Below are positions 48,137 to 64,000 of a stretch of 64,000 bases of DNA, piece by piece. Numbering within the stretch: position 1 is the first letter of the stretch; each line of letters begins with the position of its first letter. The DNA lies in assembly GCF_009914755.1 (NCBI RefSeq), contig NC_060940.1. One strand, 5' to 3'. A program made the translations under genes and the position numbers. Below the pieces are notes generated by a model. It did not search any database, was not told the origin of the DNA, and saw only the letters and a program-made list of their open reading frames with translations. The stretch is from the human T2T-CHM13v2.0 reference genome, Homo sapiens.

Positions 48137-48290
48137 ACACACATACACGGACACGCACGCATGCACACGTGTGTGCACACACAGACACGCACACACATGC
48201 ACGCATGCACACACACATGCACACATGCACGCATGCACACACATGCACATGTGCACACATGCACGCACATGCACACACGCTCACACACAC
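48137..48290. repeat. CA/CATG/CACG alternating purine-pyrimidine repeat
   Basis: Unbroken R-Y alternation at 48185-48280. Confidence 0.95.
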
Positions 48291-48302
48291 AGAATGGTTC
48301 GT

Positions 48303-48601
<299 letters not shown>

Positions 48602-49163
48602 TCATACTTTCACTCACATATACACTCACACACTCGCACATACACCTACACATACACTCATACATTCCCATAGAAACAAGTGAGTTATAATCTCAGAGTG
48701 AACAAAATTGAGTAAATTTTACCATACAAACATATTTATTATGCTTGTCTCACTAAAAAGCAGTAAAAATTCTGATATGAGCATCACACAGGTTAATGTA
48801 AGATAGTAAGAAGAAGAAAAAAGTATAATTATCCTAGAAGTCCTATTGAAGAATGAAATCGCAAAATAAAAATGGAAGGGGCAAAGGTAGGATCCTTAGA
48901 ATGCTTACAATGGGAATCTGAATGTTTAATGAGAAATAAGCCCGACACCCATAGCACATAAGGACTCAGGCTTTGGGATCTCTCCCTTCCTAGCTTTGAG
49001 GCCTGGGCATGTTATTTAACCTCTCATACCCTCGAAAGGGGCTCATAAAAGCAATCACTGCATGGGGCTTTTGCTTGGTGAATAGTTCCAGCACATGGTT
49101 AGTCCTCAGTAAGTGTTAGCTAATAGCATTAGAAACTAGCTTTTTTAAAAAATAAAGGAAGGG

Positions 49164-49835
<672 letters not shown>

Positions 49836-49889
49836 TAAAGAAAGTACATGGGGAAGGAATATGTTCTACATGAGCTTTCACAGGGGCAC

Positions 49890-50070
49890 CGATCTAGACC
49901 AGTGTGGACTAGAAGTAGCCACATCCCCTGAGATCCTGTCGGTAAAACACATTCTCGGGCCTCCCCACAAACCTCTTGATTTGGAACCCTGGGAGGTGGC
50001 ACCCAATAACCTGTGTTTTCAACAAACCCTCTAGATGATGCCAAGCCACACTAAAATTTGAGAACCTCTG
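49890..50070. mobile_element. MER5A-like DNA transposon
   Basis: attctcgggcc...ctgtgttttcaacaa...aaaatttgagaacctctg. Confidence 0.65.
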
Positions 50071-50557
50071 ATCAAGCCCTGCAAGCTTTTTAACCCTGGT
50101 CCTGGGCAGTCAGCTAAATCCAGGAAGTATTTCGCAGATTGGGAATAAATAAAAGAAGAAAAAAAAAAAGGCATAAGTGTCTTTGGGTTGAATCTCATTT
50201 TAAGCCCCAGAATTAGGCTTGTGAAAACAATTCAAGAATTGTCTTCGAGCCTATAATGCCTGCTAGTCCCATGAGAAAAAGATTTTGAAACAAAATAAGT
50301 TGAGGTTGGATTTGCTTTTTTTCCAAGCTTCAAAGCATCAAACAAAGATCCATGTTCACATCTGAATATCTGAGTTCACATCTGAGTCAGCCGCTGACTC
50401 AGCCCCTGACCACAGAGTGATGAACAGAGAGGCAGGCATCATGGGACCTGAAATGGCATTTTCTCCAAAATATTAGAACGTCCTTAGATCCCTTAGATCA
50501 ATGGTGATCGTGGGCCTGGAAAACTTCTCCAAAAAGTGCAAACTTCTCCTGTAGTTA

Positions 50558-50937
50558 GCATATTAGTTTGTTCTCATGCTGCTATAAAGACTTACCCTAG
50601 ACTGAATAATTTATAAAGGAAAGAGGTTTAATTGACTCACACACAGTTCTTTGTGGTTGGGAAGGCCTCAGGAGACTTACAATCATGGCAGAAGGGAAAG
50701 TCAACCGTCCTTCTTCACAGGGTGGCAGCAAGGAGAAGTGCTGAGCAATGCGCAGGGATAGCCCCTTATAAAACCGTGAGATCTCTTGAAAACTCATTCA
50801 CTATCATGAGAACAGCATGAGGGTAACTGCCACCATGATCCAATTACCTCTCACCAGGCCCCTCCAACAACACATGGGGATTATGGGAACTACAATTCAA
50901 GATGAGATTTGGGTGGGGACACGGCCAAACCTTAACA
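50558..50937 (-). mobile_element. THE1 (C/D-like) MaLR solo LTR
   Basis: tattagtttgttctcatgctgctataaaga...gatgagatttgggtggggacac. Confidence 0.88.
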
Positions 50938-51339
50938 GTTGGGTTCAAAGACAAATGCCACCATAATAGGCCGCAGATCACCTTTATTGCCAGCCTCTCT
51001 AGTCCCCAAGTAGCTGATAAAAACATAGACAAAAATTATAGAGAATGAAGGAGAAAAAGTAAGGGGTTATTTTGAGAGCAAAGTTTGCCTCATCTGTCCA
51101 ATAGAGACTGTCTTGTATGTTAAAAGTTCATCATCAGGAGCTGAAAGAATTGAAAGTAAAATGAAACTATCTTGTGTGCCTCGTAGGAATACAACCTGGA
51201 CGTAGTGTCCATTACTAATTAAAGCCAATGTGTATTGTACTTTCACAGTGAGACAGGCCCTGCTCTTTGTTCTCTATATTTATTTACATGCACTTAATCC
51301 TCACAATTACTCCATGCAATAAATCCCATTATCACTTTC

Positions 51340-52090
<751 letters not shown>

Positions 52091-54419
52091 CCCTGTTTCT
52101 TGATGGCGAAATGGAGACTGAAAGATCATGTCTTACCCAGGTGCACACAGCCAGCTTTTGGAGGTTTAGGGTCAGAGGCAGCTTCGGGGGTAGGAATCTA
52201 GAATCTGGTTTCCTCATCTTGTGCTGTGTCGTAGGTCTGCTGGGTTCAGGTTCTGGAGACGTCATTCCATGTTTCTGAGCTCTCTTTTCTCCCCTGCAGA
52301 TGTAAGAACTCTGTACTTGAGGACTCATGCCTCAGCTGGGTGGTGGGATTGGATTCCTTTTAAGGTCTCTCCAAACCAACCCTGAGCCTCTTTGATTAGA
52401 ATTCTAGAAGCTTTGAAACCACCACTACAAAATTCATTTGCACGACATTTCTCTTTTAAGCATTACACTTCTCTCTGCAGTAACTTTGAAGTTACTGTCG
52501 TTTTATGCACTCACGAAGAGTTAACAAGCAATAATAAACAGTCAAGACTGCTTTTCATTTCACATATCTGCATGTGTTCAGTCTTTTCCGTGACACAATT
52601 GAAGGAGCTTCTGTAATCAGGAGAGAAACTTTATATCATGCTGTAATTTCCCTTGATACAAGCTAGAAAAAGATACTGGTTTAGATTCACTGGGGTGATT
52701 GACTAGAAAATTGCCCCAGCTGTCAAAGTTTCCAGTGTTAAAAAGCAGTGTAAAATTTCTCAAATGCTTAGAATTTCTAGATGTCACAACAGAGATGTTA
52801 CCAAAATATGAGAATCAAGTTTTTTATAAGCAGGACAAAAATACATTATTTTTCTCAAGTTCTCAATATTTGGTTGAATTCATGAAGAAATTTTTAAAAC
52901 ACACCAAGCAAAGCGTTCATTTTGTTTAGAAATAAAATTAATAAGTTGTTTTTTGATATTGTATTAATGTGTCCTGCCACATTAAAAGATTGCCTATATA
53001 TTTATAAATTTAATCTTTATATAGGAATTAAACAGACAAGCCAGAAAAAGAAAAGAAATGATAAGCTGATATTTGGGTATAATATTATCTTGTTATCCAT
53101 GTTCTTTGTATTAGCTGAATTATTTCCATTTCTGCTCCAACCAAGAAAATCAATTCAAACATTGTTCCTCGTGATTTATTCAAAAATTCGCTTTTCCAAG
53201 TTTCCGTCTAAGAGCATGTGGTGGGTTCTTATCTTCATCATAAAAGTGTATAACATAAAGAGATGTCCTCAGATAGCTCATGGCATTTGTTAGCTCAGGG
53301 GGGTTGTAGAAAGTTTCCTGTAAGCGTTTTACACTCAAAGTTTTCTTTATAGTGCCAAAGAATGAGAAGCAAAAGCAATTCAGCACTGGAACCGTTTGGG
53401 GAGTGTGGCTCCATTCTGAGGTTCTCTTCTCATCAGAGTGGGGGCACCCTATAATTTTGAGACCTTGAGCCAGGCTTTCATGTCATCTCTCTTTATGAAC
53501 ACTCCACTAGTTTCTAGCCTATAAAAATAGTGTCAACATTACAGTAAGCTAAGTATAAGGCAGAATCAAGAAGCCAAGGATCTGATTTTATTTCAGAGTT
53601 CTGAAATGGAACTAAGTGTTACAGAAAGCAATTTGTGGGAAACAATTCTCTACAGTATGACTTATAGACTGCTTCAAAGGAGAGGTGTCTTCTCTTCCTA
53701 GACCTGGGATTTTAATGTGAGAGCTCCCTTATCATGTTGAGGAGAATGGCTGTCTGAATTGTTCTCCCTCTTATTTATAAAGGCAATGATCAGAAGATAA
53801 TTTGTAAGTACCTACTCTCTTCCAGGCACAGTATTTAAAATGAATATATAGTAAAAAAGCCAGCTGCCTCCCCTGTCATCATGGAATTTATAACTTAGTA
53901 GAGAAGATGTCAAAAAGATATTGCAAATGATCTGAGTGTTTTTTACAATGGCATTGTTGTGTACAACAGGTGGATTCCCACCTTGTTGGGGAAAGCAAGG
54001 AGTGCTCCCTGGAGGAAGTGGTATTTATTTTGAGACCTGGAAATTGTTAGCCAGGAAAGGAGATAAAGTGGCGGGAGTGAGAGCAAAAATATTGTCACCA
54101 GAGAAATCAGTGAGTGTAAGAAATTGCTGGTGTAGTTAAAAACTGAAAAAAGTCTGGATACATTGACTGTCGTGTTTTCCCAGTTGTAGGTCTTGTAATT
54201 CTGGCAAAGGGAAATATGAAGTGAATTCCTGGAATCTCTTGCTGATCCCAGAGAGACTACAGTTCTAGCATAAAAGGAAGCTCAACAGGGTGACTGTAAG
54301 AGGTTCCAGAGCAGCAGGTCATACTCAGCTTAGAAGTGCTTGCAAGACAGTTTAAGGATGTAGACTGTCTAAAAGAGGCTCATAAAGAGATTATCAATCT
54401 AAAAGCAAACTTGAAATAT

Positions 54420-54790
54420 TAATCAGGGCTAGATTAGGTTATGCTGCAGTAACAAGTTAACCCCCAAATTTTAGTAGGCATAGCGCAACAAAGTTTCTTT
54501 CTTGCTCAAGCTGTGATTCCAACATGGGTCTGCTGGGGAGCTCTGTTCCACGTAGTCATTAAGGGATCCAGGCTGACAGAGGCTCTGCCAGCTTGCAGCA
54601 TGTGGAGCACTGGCCTCCTTTGTGCCTGTGGCAGAAGAACAAAGAGTTACAGTATCAAAAGCAGCCCTTAAATGCTTCAACCATCCCTTTGGCTAGAACT
54701 AGTCATGTGGCCCCACCTACCTGAAGGGAGGGTGAGAAATGTGAGGGAACACGTGGGCAATCACCAGGAAGTTCCTTTGTTTGTTGCAGT
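54420..54790. mobile_element. MLT1K-like MaLR LTR
   Basis: taggttatgctgcagtaacaa...ctctgttccacgtagtca...ccaggctgacaga. Confidence 0.7.
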
Positions 54791-55276
54791 GACAGTCTGG
54801 AAAACAATGTGAACTGGTTGACAAGCTTAAAAATGGATCTAAGGGCAAAAATGCTAAAGGAGAGAAAGAATTGTTGACAGTGTATAAGAAGATGATTAGG
54901 AACAAAGTGAGATGGGCAGTTTGGAGGCTCTTTTTTTAGCTTTAATGGTAATAGAATACACGTGGCACTCTCACTAAATGCAAGGCATTGGGCTTTATGT
55001 AGATTGTCCCATTTAATTTTCACAGCAACTCTGAGGTCGATATTATTATCGTTCTCATTTTACAGATAAGAAAACTGAGCCCTGGGGTGATGAAGTGACT
55101 AACCCCAGTGATATGGTCTGGCTCTGTGTCCCCACCCAAATCTCACCTTGAATTGTAGTTGTCATAATCTCCACATGTCATAGGAGGGACCTGGTGGGAG
55201 GTAATTTTATCATGGGGGTGGTTAACCTCATGCTGTTCTCATGATAATGAGTGAGATATCATGAGATGTGATGGTC

Positions 55277-55901
<625 letters not shown>

Positions 55902-57169
55902 GATGTGATGGTTTTATAAAGGGCTTTTCCCTGTTTTGCTCAGCACTTCTTGCTGCTGCCATGTGAAGAAGGATGTGTTGGCTTCCCCTTTCACCATGAT
56001 TGTACGTTTCCTGAAGCCTCTGCATTCATGCTGAACTGTCAATTAAACTTCTTTTCTTTATAAATTACCCAGTCTCTGGTATGTCTTTATTAGTAGCTTG
56101 AGAACGGACTAATATACCAGACTCTACAGTTTGTAACGTAGGCACTAGGATTCACAGATCCTAGGCACCTGGTTCTCAGATTCGCTAAACTTTACCATTG
56201 TTCTTTGTCCGTAGCCTGGAAGCTTAGAATCTGGAAGGATAGAGAATAGAGTTTTATAGGGACTGGGACACACTGGAAATTTGAGGAATTTTAGTTAGGT
56301 TAGGAGGCAGTTCCTACATATAGGTGGAAGGAGAAATACCAGGAGTCTTGTCTTGTCTCAGCCTAACAAGATGACTTCTGAGAATATGATCAGGCCTGTT
56401 TCCGCCCTAGCATTGGAGTCCAGTGATATCCAAGGGCCTTTATCAGGAAAACTGCAACATATGAACACAACACAGCCTCTGTTTTGGAGTCCCCAGAAGA
56501 CAGCTGATTGGTTTAAGTAATAGTCTAGGGACAAAGAAAGAACTAATACTTCAATGAAAAAGAAACAAATACTTCAATGAAAATGAATTTCATATCGCAC
56601 TTCTACATTCCTTATTTGAGGGTATTTGAGCAAACTAACAGAGGAAGAAAATTAGCCACTTTAACTATAATACCTTGAGTATTAGACTAATCCAGTTATA
56701 AGTTTACAGACCCTTTGATCAGAAGTCAGAGAAGTTGCCTAGGAAATGAGTTAAACCTATTTCTAAAATGTCCAAAATTAGCTGTTCAAAGAAATCTTTT
56801 TTATAGAGCCTAAAATATTCTAGGCAAGAGATAATGAAGGATGCTCTAGGGCAATGGTGCGGGGAGAGGAAAGAAAGGTGCCTCAATACAAGCAGCATGG
56901 CAAAGGTACAATCCTCCCAGTGTGAATGGTGGGGGGAACAAGGGGAACTGAAAAACATGCATGAGGACGTTAGCTTTGAATGGGTTTCTTAGAGCTGGGG
57001 GACAAAGGAAGAGTCGCAGATGATCAGAAAGGAGATGTGAAATCTTCTGCTTGCTATGTTGAGTTTGAAAAATAAATGAAAAAATTTCAGGTAAAAACAG
57101 CAAATCATAGCAAATAAAGATCTCATATTCAGGAAAAGGGCTAGGCCTGGGTAACTTCATGATATAAAT

Positions 57170-57580
57170 GTTCACCATTGCTAAAACTTAAAGGACTGAC
57201 AATATCAAGTGCTGACAAGTATGTAGAACAACTAGGAGTCTTGCAATGTTTTTCAAAATGGTAGCCCCAGTCTTGAAACAATACATATGACTTCTAATGA
57301 CAGAATAAGTCAATGACTAGAGGTAAACAGTGATGAAAAAGAATGAATATGGTTGACACTCACAGGCTCTAAGTGGAGCAAAAGAAGCCAAGTGTACAAA
57401 AAAGTACATTTTGTATGATTCCATCGTTTATGAAGTTCAAGAAAAAACAAAAAGGATTTATGGTGATAGAGATCAGAATAGTGACTACCTTGCAGAGATG
57501 GCAGTTAGGAGAGGACATAGGAAAGCCTGCTGGAGACTGGGAATGTTCTCTCAGTCTGGGTATTAGTTACATGGATATAT
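57170..57580 (+). mobile_element. Old L1M 3' fragments
   Basis: gactgacaatatcaagtg...aaaagaagcca...ttttgtatgattcca...gtgatagagatcagaatagtg. Confidence 0.6.
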
Positions 57581-60049
57581 ACTTAAGTGGGCTGCAGGGT
57601 TTGCTCTGAGGGAGCAAACACAGCTTGGGCTGTGTTTGGCCTTGAATATTGTGAATAATATGTTTAGGCAAAAATCCTCTGTGTCTCGACGTCATTGCAT
57701 GGATCCACTCTATGGTTGGCCTTAGAGCCAGGTTCTTGTTTGCATATAATTTTGCGGAAGTGTTTATGTTTGCCGCTCAATTGCCAATTTTGATTACAGC
57801 TTCTCAGCCTGGAAAATTGTCCTGGAAGGGCTTAATGGAACACTTGCAGGAATGTGGCATCATCAATTTTAGAGCCAGAACAGGACGTGGCTAGCTTTTC
57901 AGCTGGCCGGGAAGAGCCTGGAGAGTGCTGAGGGACACCAGCCAGGGACAGGCACAGGATCCACCACATGGCTCTGGCCTCAGTTCTGCCCAGCTCAAAA
58001 TCTTCATCCAAGTTTTATTTAAAAATCCTTTGAAGGGAGAGCAATGGGCTGCCCCACCAAGAGAAGTGTTCACAGGAAGTGCCTCTCCTCAGGTTTCAAC
58101 CATCGCCTCCCAAACTTCAATTTTTTAAATTTCACCTTTGTAATGTCTGCTATTTCTAACATCTGTTCTAATATATACTTCATGTGCTTTTTAAAGCAAC
58201 ATGCTCTCTTTTACTTCAGTAAACATATTTAGGTAAGACATACCCCATCACCACAGTGCCACAGTAAATGGAAAACCAGCACTTTGCTAACACGTTTTAA
58301 ATTTAAATTATTGCATGTACTGCCTTGCGTGTTAGCTCTCAGTAATTATTTTTCATCCTCTTAGGTTTCTTCCAGCTTTAAGGCTTTATTATTTTAAGTT
58401 ATAAAGTAATCGGCCACCCTGTATGACTGTGAGGTCCTTCAAGAGAGAAGGTACTCTTTGCTCTTTGAAATTTAGGAAAAAAAAAAAGAATGGAAAAACC
58501 AATAATGGAAAAAAAATTGTATTTTTATGCTAATAGAGTAGTAGCGGCCAGGTGACCTTTAGCAGGTTCCTTAATAGTGTGTCACCACCAACACAGTGTA
58601 AACACCAATACGGTGTCAACAACAGCAATAAAATGCAGTTTAAAGACAGCTTATCCCAGGGTATGCTATGAGAATTGGATGAGAATATTGTTAAATCCCT
58701 TGTGAGTTTTAAAGGGATGTAAAAGTCTTAGAAATATTGATGTGATCATTGGCAAATGCAGATGGATATTAGAGAAATCAATCTAAATTGTATATGTAGA
58801 CACCAGCCACCCCCGGAAAAGAACATGAGTGGGTAATTCTTCCACCTATGGGTTTTCCCATGGGATGCAACCTGGGTGCATGGAACCAGCCCTGGCTTCA
58901 GAGTTAGAGGGGCCTGGCTAGTGCTGGTTCTGCCACTGACCTTGACCTGAGTGACCTTGAAAAAGAAATCTAACCTCTTGCATTTTCAATAACTTCACCT
59001 ATAATACAGGGCAAATCATCCTACTATATGAGGTCGTTGAAGTTTAAATGAAAGAGTGTAGAGTCTGCCCTTGAAACACGTTGTTATTTTTCAAGCGATT
59101 TTCTGAAGCTAGAGCCCCTCATGTGAGGGATGGAGAGATGAATCCATCAGCTGTTAAATGCCTGCATTCGGGTGCCAGGCCACCTTCCTTCCTAGGTAAG
59201 GTCTGCAAATCCAGTTCTCCCCTGCTGCGCAGAGTGCAGGTCCAGCTCTCTGCCCACCGGGTGCTGTCTGTTTAGAGGAGCCAGCTCTGGCTTGCGCTTT
59301 AATGTCATGTTTAATGCCTGCTCTGCTGCAGCCTCCACATGTTTATTGAATCTTTATGGAAAGGCCATAACAGCTGCTTCGGGTCCATTATAATGGATCA
59401 CGTCAAAATGTAGCCTGCCATTGTTTTAAAGTCATGTATTATTCACTTGATGGAGTGTATACGTCCATCTTATGTCAATTTGTGTTATGGACTGTCAAAA
59501 TTAACATGAGTATATGAGGTAAGGCATATTGGGGAAGAAAGTTCCACAGCGCAATATGCAACCGTGGAGTTTCTAATCTTAATAATTCAGTGGGTGCCAA
59601 CAAGACGTGGTCTCTATTACAGACTTGAAGCTGGTAATACTTCATTTTTAAAAATGTAACCATTTTTGAGTTACAGGAAAACAAAAATGGTCTGTGGCCA
59701 ATAAATGTCTAGTTTTATACCGTTCTATAAATGAAAGTAATAAAGCACAGCAAAGTTGCCGAGCGCAGTGGGTTCTTAAACACCTGCAGCGTCATTTCTC
59801 ATCAGCAGGTGGGCGGCAGAGTTCACATCCCTGGGCCCTGTCGGGGTCTGGCCATCTCCAGGTGGTGACAGGTGGCATCAGACTGGCCTGAATTCAGCCT
59901 TGGGGCTGTGCATTCTCCTGGGGCTTATTACAGAGGCTCTGACCTCCACCTATAGGTTCAATTCCCCTCCACCCCAAGGACTTAAAGAATTTTTCCAGAC
60001 ACTTTATGACTCACCACCTAGTGGCTCTTCCCAATGTGACTCCAGCTAG

Positions 60050-60440
60050 CCACACCAAGTCCCTTTCAGACTCATGACCTTAGCAGGTGCTGTTCCCTCT
60101 GCCTAGAACTTTCTTCCTTTATGTCCTCACCTGGCTGAATTATACTCACCCTTCAGTTCTGCTGAAATGTCACTTCTCCAAAGAAGCATTTCTGGACCCC
60201 CGGCCTCCCTATTCCACCCTCCTCTGGTACCCCTTTTATAGGTGCTTCTTCCTCATGCACCTGTCCAGGTTGTATCTAAATTAGTAATAAAAGTTTGATG
60301 TCATCCTCTCTACCCACAAATAATGAGTGCAGGATCCATGTCTATGGCGTCCACCCTGTAGCTGTAGCACTTAGCATTGTGCCTGTCATGTCCATAATAG
60401 GTGCTCAGCTAGCATTTTTGAATAAATAAATGAGTGCATG
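60050..60440 (+). mobile_element. L2 3' fragment
   Basis: gctgttccctctgcctagaa...aaatgtcacttctcc...taggtgctca...tgaataaataaatga. Confidence 0.65.
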
Positions 60441-61562
60441 GATGGAAGAAAGCAAGGTTGTCTGGCAGACTGTCTTGGTTGAACATGATTTCCTATTCAT
60501 GATGACCTAGCCCATGCTCTTCAATCCTGATAGCTTTTTTAGATTTTTTAAGCCCAAGGCTCTGTCTTGTCATATGTACCCTACCCTTTTCATTATCCTT
60601 GAAGAGAAACTCACCTCCCACCCTGGAATCCACTGGAGCAGCCTGTACCCTGCCAACCAGTGCCCCCCACACCAGGACTCTCTGCCACGTGTGTGTACTC
60701 ACCAAGTGCTCCTCCATTTCCCATTCCTGAGTTGGATCTACTCCAGGGTCACTCCCTTGCTTCATGGTAGACCCTTGATGTCAGTTCCCTGGCAGCTGGC
60801 TTGGGCTCTTCCTAGCGCTCAGATTCCACCTCAGTGGGCATGTCCGGTTGCACATCCCAGAAGTATATATCTTCCCCATTCTGTGGCATGGTTGCAAGGA
60901 CAACATTGAACATTGGGAAAAGGAGGCAAGAACGACAACAGTCCCCATTTCAAACACTTCAGTCCCTCGTTATGCAGCTCCTAGAAGTATCCATTGTTCT
61001 GGGAAAGATGAAGCATCCAGAACCTGTGTCAGGACTCTAGAATGAAGATTCACCTTCTCTGCACCAGCCCAGATGGAGAGCGTCCTGGGCAACCAAAGTC
61101 CCCAGGAGTATTTGCACCTCTCAACCAAGATTCTTAGATCACAGCTCTTAATCACTTACCCTGCAGTCCACCCACAGGAGATGAGCTTTATTTCAGTTGT
61201 GTAAATTAGTGAAACAGAACCCCGAAGAGCTGAAATGTCCTCATATCTGTCACGACCTTACCATGCACTAGATTTGTTTCCACAGATAAGCTTGTGGGTT
61301 TGCACGACAACCAAGAGAATTTGCAGTTAAGAGAATAAATAATGCATTATTAGAAGAATAAATCAGCATGCAGTGTACATGAGTAATATATTCATACCAG
61401 GCCCAGTGAAGGAGTAGACACTTATTTAGTTTGTTTATGCAGACATAGATTTAAAAATGTATAACCACATTATTATGGGTTCTTTACAATTGTAGGAGCA
61501 GGAAGTTCACACAGGTCTTCCAGCCTGTCTAGCAGGTGGACTGAGAGTCATGAATTTCATGT

Positions 61563-61880
<318 letters not shown>

Positions 61881-62734
61881 AAATTGCATGTCTTAACACC
61901 CCCTCTTACTAGCTGAGAGGTCTTGGCAAACCTGTAGCACTGAGAGTGTCAAGTTTATCCATCTTTAAATGGGGCCACCATCTAACACAGAAAAGCCACA
62001 GGGATCAGAGAAGAAATCATATGAGTGGGTTCCGTGGGCTGTAAATCCTGAATGCGCATGAGATGGGAAGGTCAGTAGACCAATGATTTTCTCATCATAG
62101 ATTCTTGCTGTGTCAACTTGGACAAAAAACTTAATTTTCGGGGACGCTGATTCTTTTTCTCTGTAAGGAGAAGTTATTGGTCTGATGCACACAGTGGAAT
62201 CAAACGGCAATTTACTTGGAATGAAAACCTCTCTCTCCCGGTGTCCTTATAGCAACCCCAGGGACAGACTCCAGTTGGCTCTATCTGTGCCTCATGTCCA
62301 TCCTTTGAACCAACCACGGGCCAGTCGAATGTAGTACTCGGATTGACCAGGCACCTGAAGTCTAAGACAGCTTCCATCAGTTTCCTGATAACTGGCATTT
62401 ACTGAGCACTTTGTCTGCACTAGATCCTGTGTGTCATGCACACTGACTTATTTAACCTTCTGGACAACAACGTAAAATAAGCTTTAGTACAAAGAGAAGT
62501 TCTATAACTTGCCTGTGGTCACATGGTTAAAAAGTGGTGAAGCTGGAATTTGTAAACAGGTTTCTTGGACTCCTAAGCCTAATTTGTAAATGCTATGTTA
62601 TACTGACTTGGTTGCAGTATTGGTGGGAGAGGGCATCCTAAACAGCACCTGCTTGTTGCCAAGCCCTTGTGGATTTAAGCTCAGTTCCTTCCCCAGACCT
62701 TGTCGTGTGAACCTCCATTCTGACTTCACATCCA

Positions 62735-63240
62735 TAGTAGGCAAGATAATGGCCCTCCCAAAGGTGTCCATGCTTTAGTGCCCCAGAAGCTGGGACTATG
62801 TTGCCTACCTGAGGGACATTGCAGATGTGATTAAGGAGTCCTTGAGTCGGGGAGATGATTCTGAGTTATCTTGGTGGATCCACTCTAATCCAATGAGTCC
62901 TTAAAATCAAAGAATTTTTTCTGGCTCAGAGAAAATGTGAAGACTGAAGAAGAGAACGGGACAGATTGCAGCATAAAAACAACTTTGTCCAGCACTGCTG
63001 GCTTTGAAGACAGAGGAGGGGCCACAAACCAAGGAACATGGGCAGTCCCAAGAAGCTGGAAAAAGTGAAGAAATGGAGTTTCCCCTGGAGCCTCTGGAAA
63101 GGAGTGCAGCCCTTCCAGTAGCTAGATGTTAGCCCAGCATCCTGTGTTGGACTTCTGATCTGCAGAACTATAAAATTTACAGATGTGTTAAGACACCGTG
63201 CTGTCGTAATTTGTTACAGTAGCAATATGAAAGGGATGTA
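62735..63240 (+). mobile_element. MLT1D-like MaLR LTR
   Basis: taggcaagataatggcc...gctggctttgaaga...aatttgttacagtagcaata. Confidence 0.75.
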
Positions 63241-63446
63241 ACATTCAAGGCAGAACCAAAAACACCAGGAAATGCTGCAGCCACCACCTTCGAACCAGCT
63301 TCAAAGGTCAGCCAGTCATCAGAGTCAGAAGTTTTGTTTTGTGGGGGCGGTGGTGGTTATTGTTTTGTTTTGTTTTTTTCCTCTTTATTCTGAAAAGTGC
63401 CAGCTCTCAAGCTGGGGCAAAAATAGCTTTGTGTTGTAGCCTCAAT

Positions 63447-63794
63447 CAATAGTCCGCAACCTTTTTGGCACCAGAAACCAGTTTCATGGAAGACAATTTT
63501 TCCAGTGGGATTGGAGGAGGATGGTTTCCGGATGAAACTGTTCCACCTAAGACCATCAGGCATTAGTTCTTTAGATTCTCATAAGGAGCATGCAAGCTAG
63601 ATCCCTTGCATGCACAGTTCACAATAGGTTTTGCACCCCTATCAGGATGTACTGCCATTGCTGATCTGACAGGATACCGAGCTCAGATGGTAATGCTCGC
63701 TTGCTAGCCCACTGCTCACCTCCTGCTGTGTGGCCCAATTCCTAACAGCGTACAGACTAGTTCTGGTCCGTGGCCCGGGGGCTGGCGGCTCCTG
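63447..63794 (+). mobile_element. MER1B (hAT-Charlie)
   Basis: caacctttttggcaccag...gtttcatggaagacaattttt...agattctcataaggagc...ggtccgtggcccgggg. Confidence 0.85.
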
Positions 63795-63978
63795 GCTTAA
63801 ATGATGAAATTTGCTGCCACTGTTTAAACACTGACTCTTTCACTTCCCCAGCCCAGCCTGTACAATCTTCTGCTTTACCTTCTTTACCTTAGCCCTTTGT
63901 CCCAGTTTGGGAACAGTGAAACTGCTGGCAATCCCAGTAATTGTCTTGAAGCAGGCAGGCAGACAGAATGGGAATTCA

Positions 63979-64000
63979 GGCCAGGGATGGTGGCTCGTGC
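63979..64000 (+). mobile_element. Probable Alu 5' end cut by the window edge
   Basis: ggccagggatggtggctcgtgc. Confidence 0.5.

Noticed and set aside
56546-56583. Short direct repeats (aatacttcaatgaaaa twice; also tcaccatgtgtc twice near 35640-35670)
   Set aside because: Ordinary slippage-scale duplications with no further structure.

Overview
Primate (human-type) genomic DNA, almost entirely intronic, from CDH13 (T-cadherin, + strand). The only protein-coding sequence is one 179-nt exon (23605-23783) encoding part of cadherin repeat EC2. The annotated MIR3182 hairpin lies at 45469-45531. The rest is a dense mosaic of Alu, L1 (a 1.8-kb L1PA2-type 3' fragment, a 5'-inverted L1PA7/8-type insert, old L1M), L2/MIR, ERV/MaLR solo LTRs, hAT DNA transposon relics and simple repeats. 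Nearly all ORFs in the track are artefacts of repeats or chance. I found no evidence of a new multi-gene system. The least explained signal is a set of three local, apparently templated duplications of about 160-185 bp. One is an inverted copy of an Alu-MLT1-flank junction 50 kb from its source. Other notable features are a 370-bp Alu-tail-derived pyrimidine tract containing (GAA)24, several nested insertion stacks, and the near-identity of mature miR-3182 to a tRNA-Val 5' end. Repeat subfamily calls come from recalled consensus features, not a RepeatMasker run, and identities were counted by hand.
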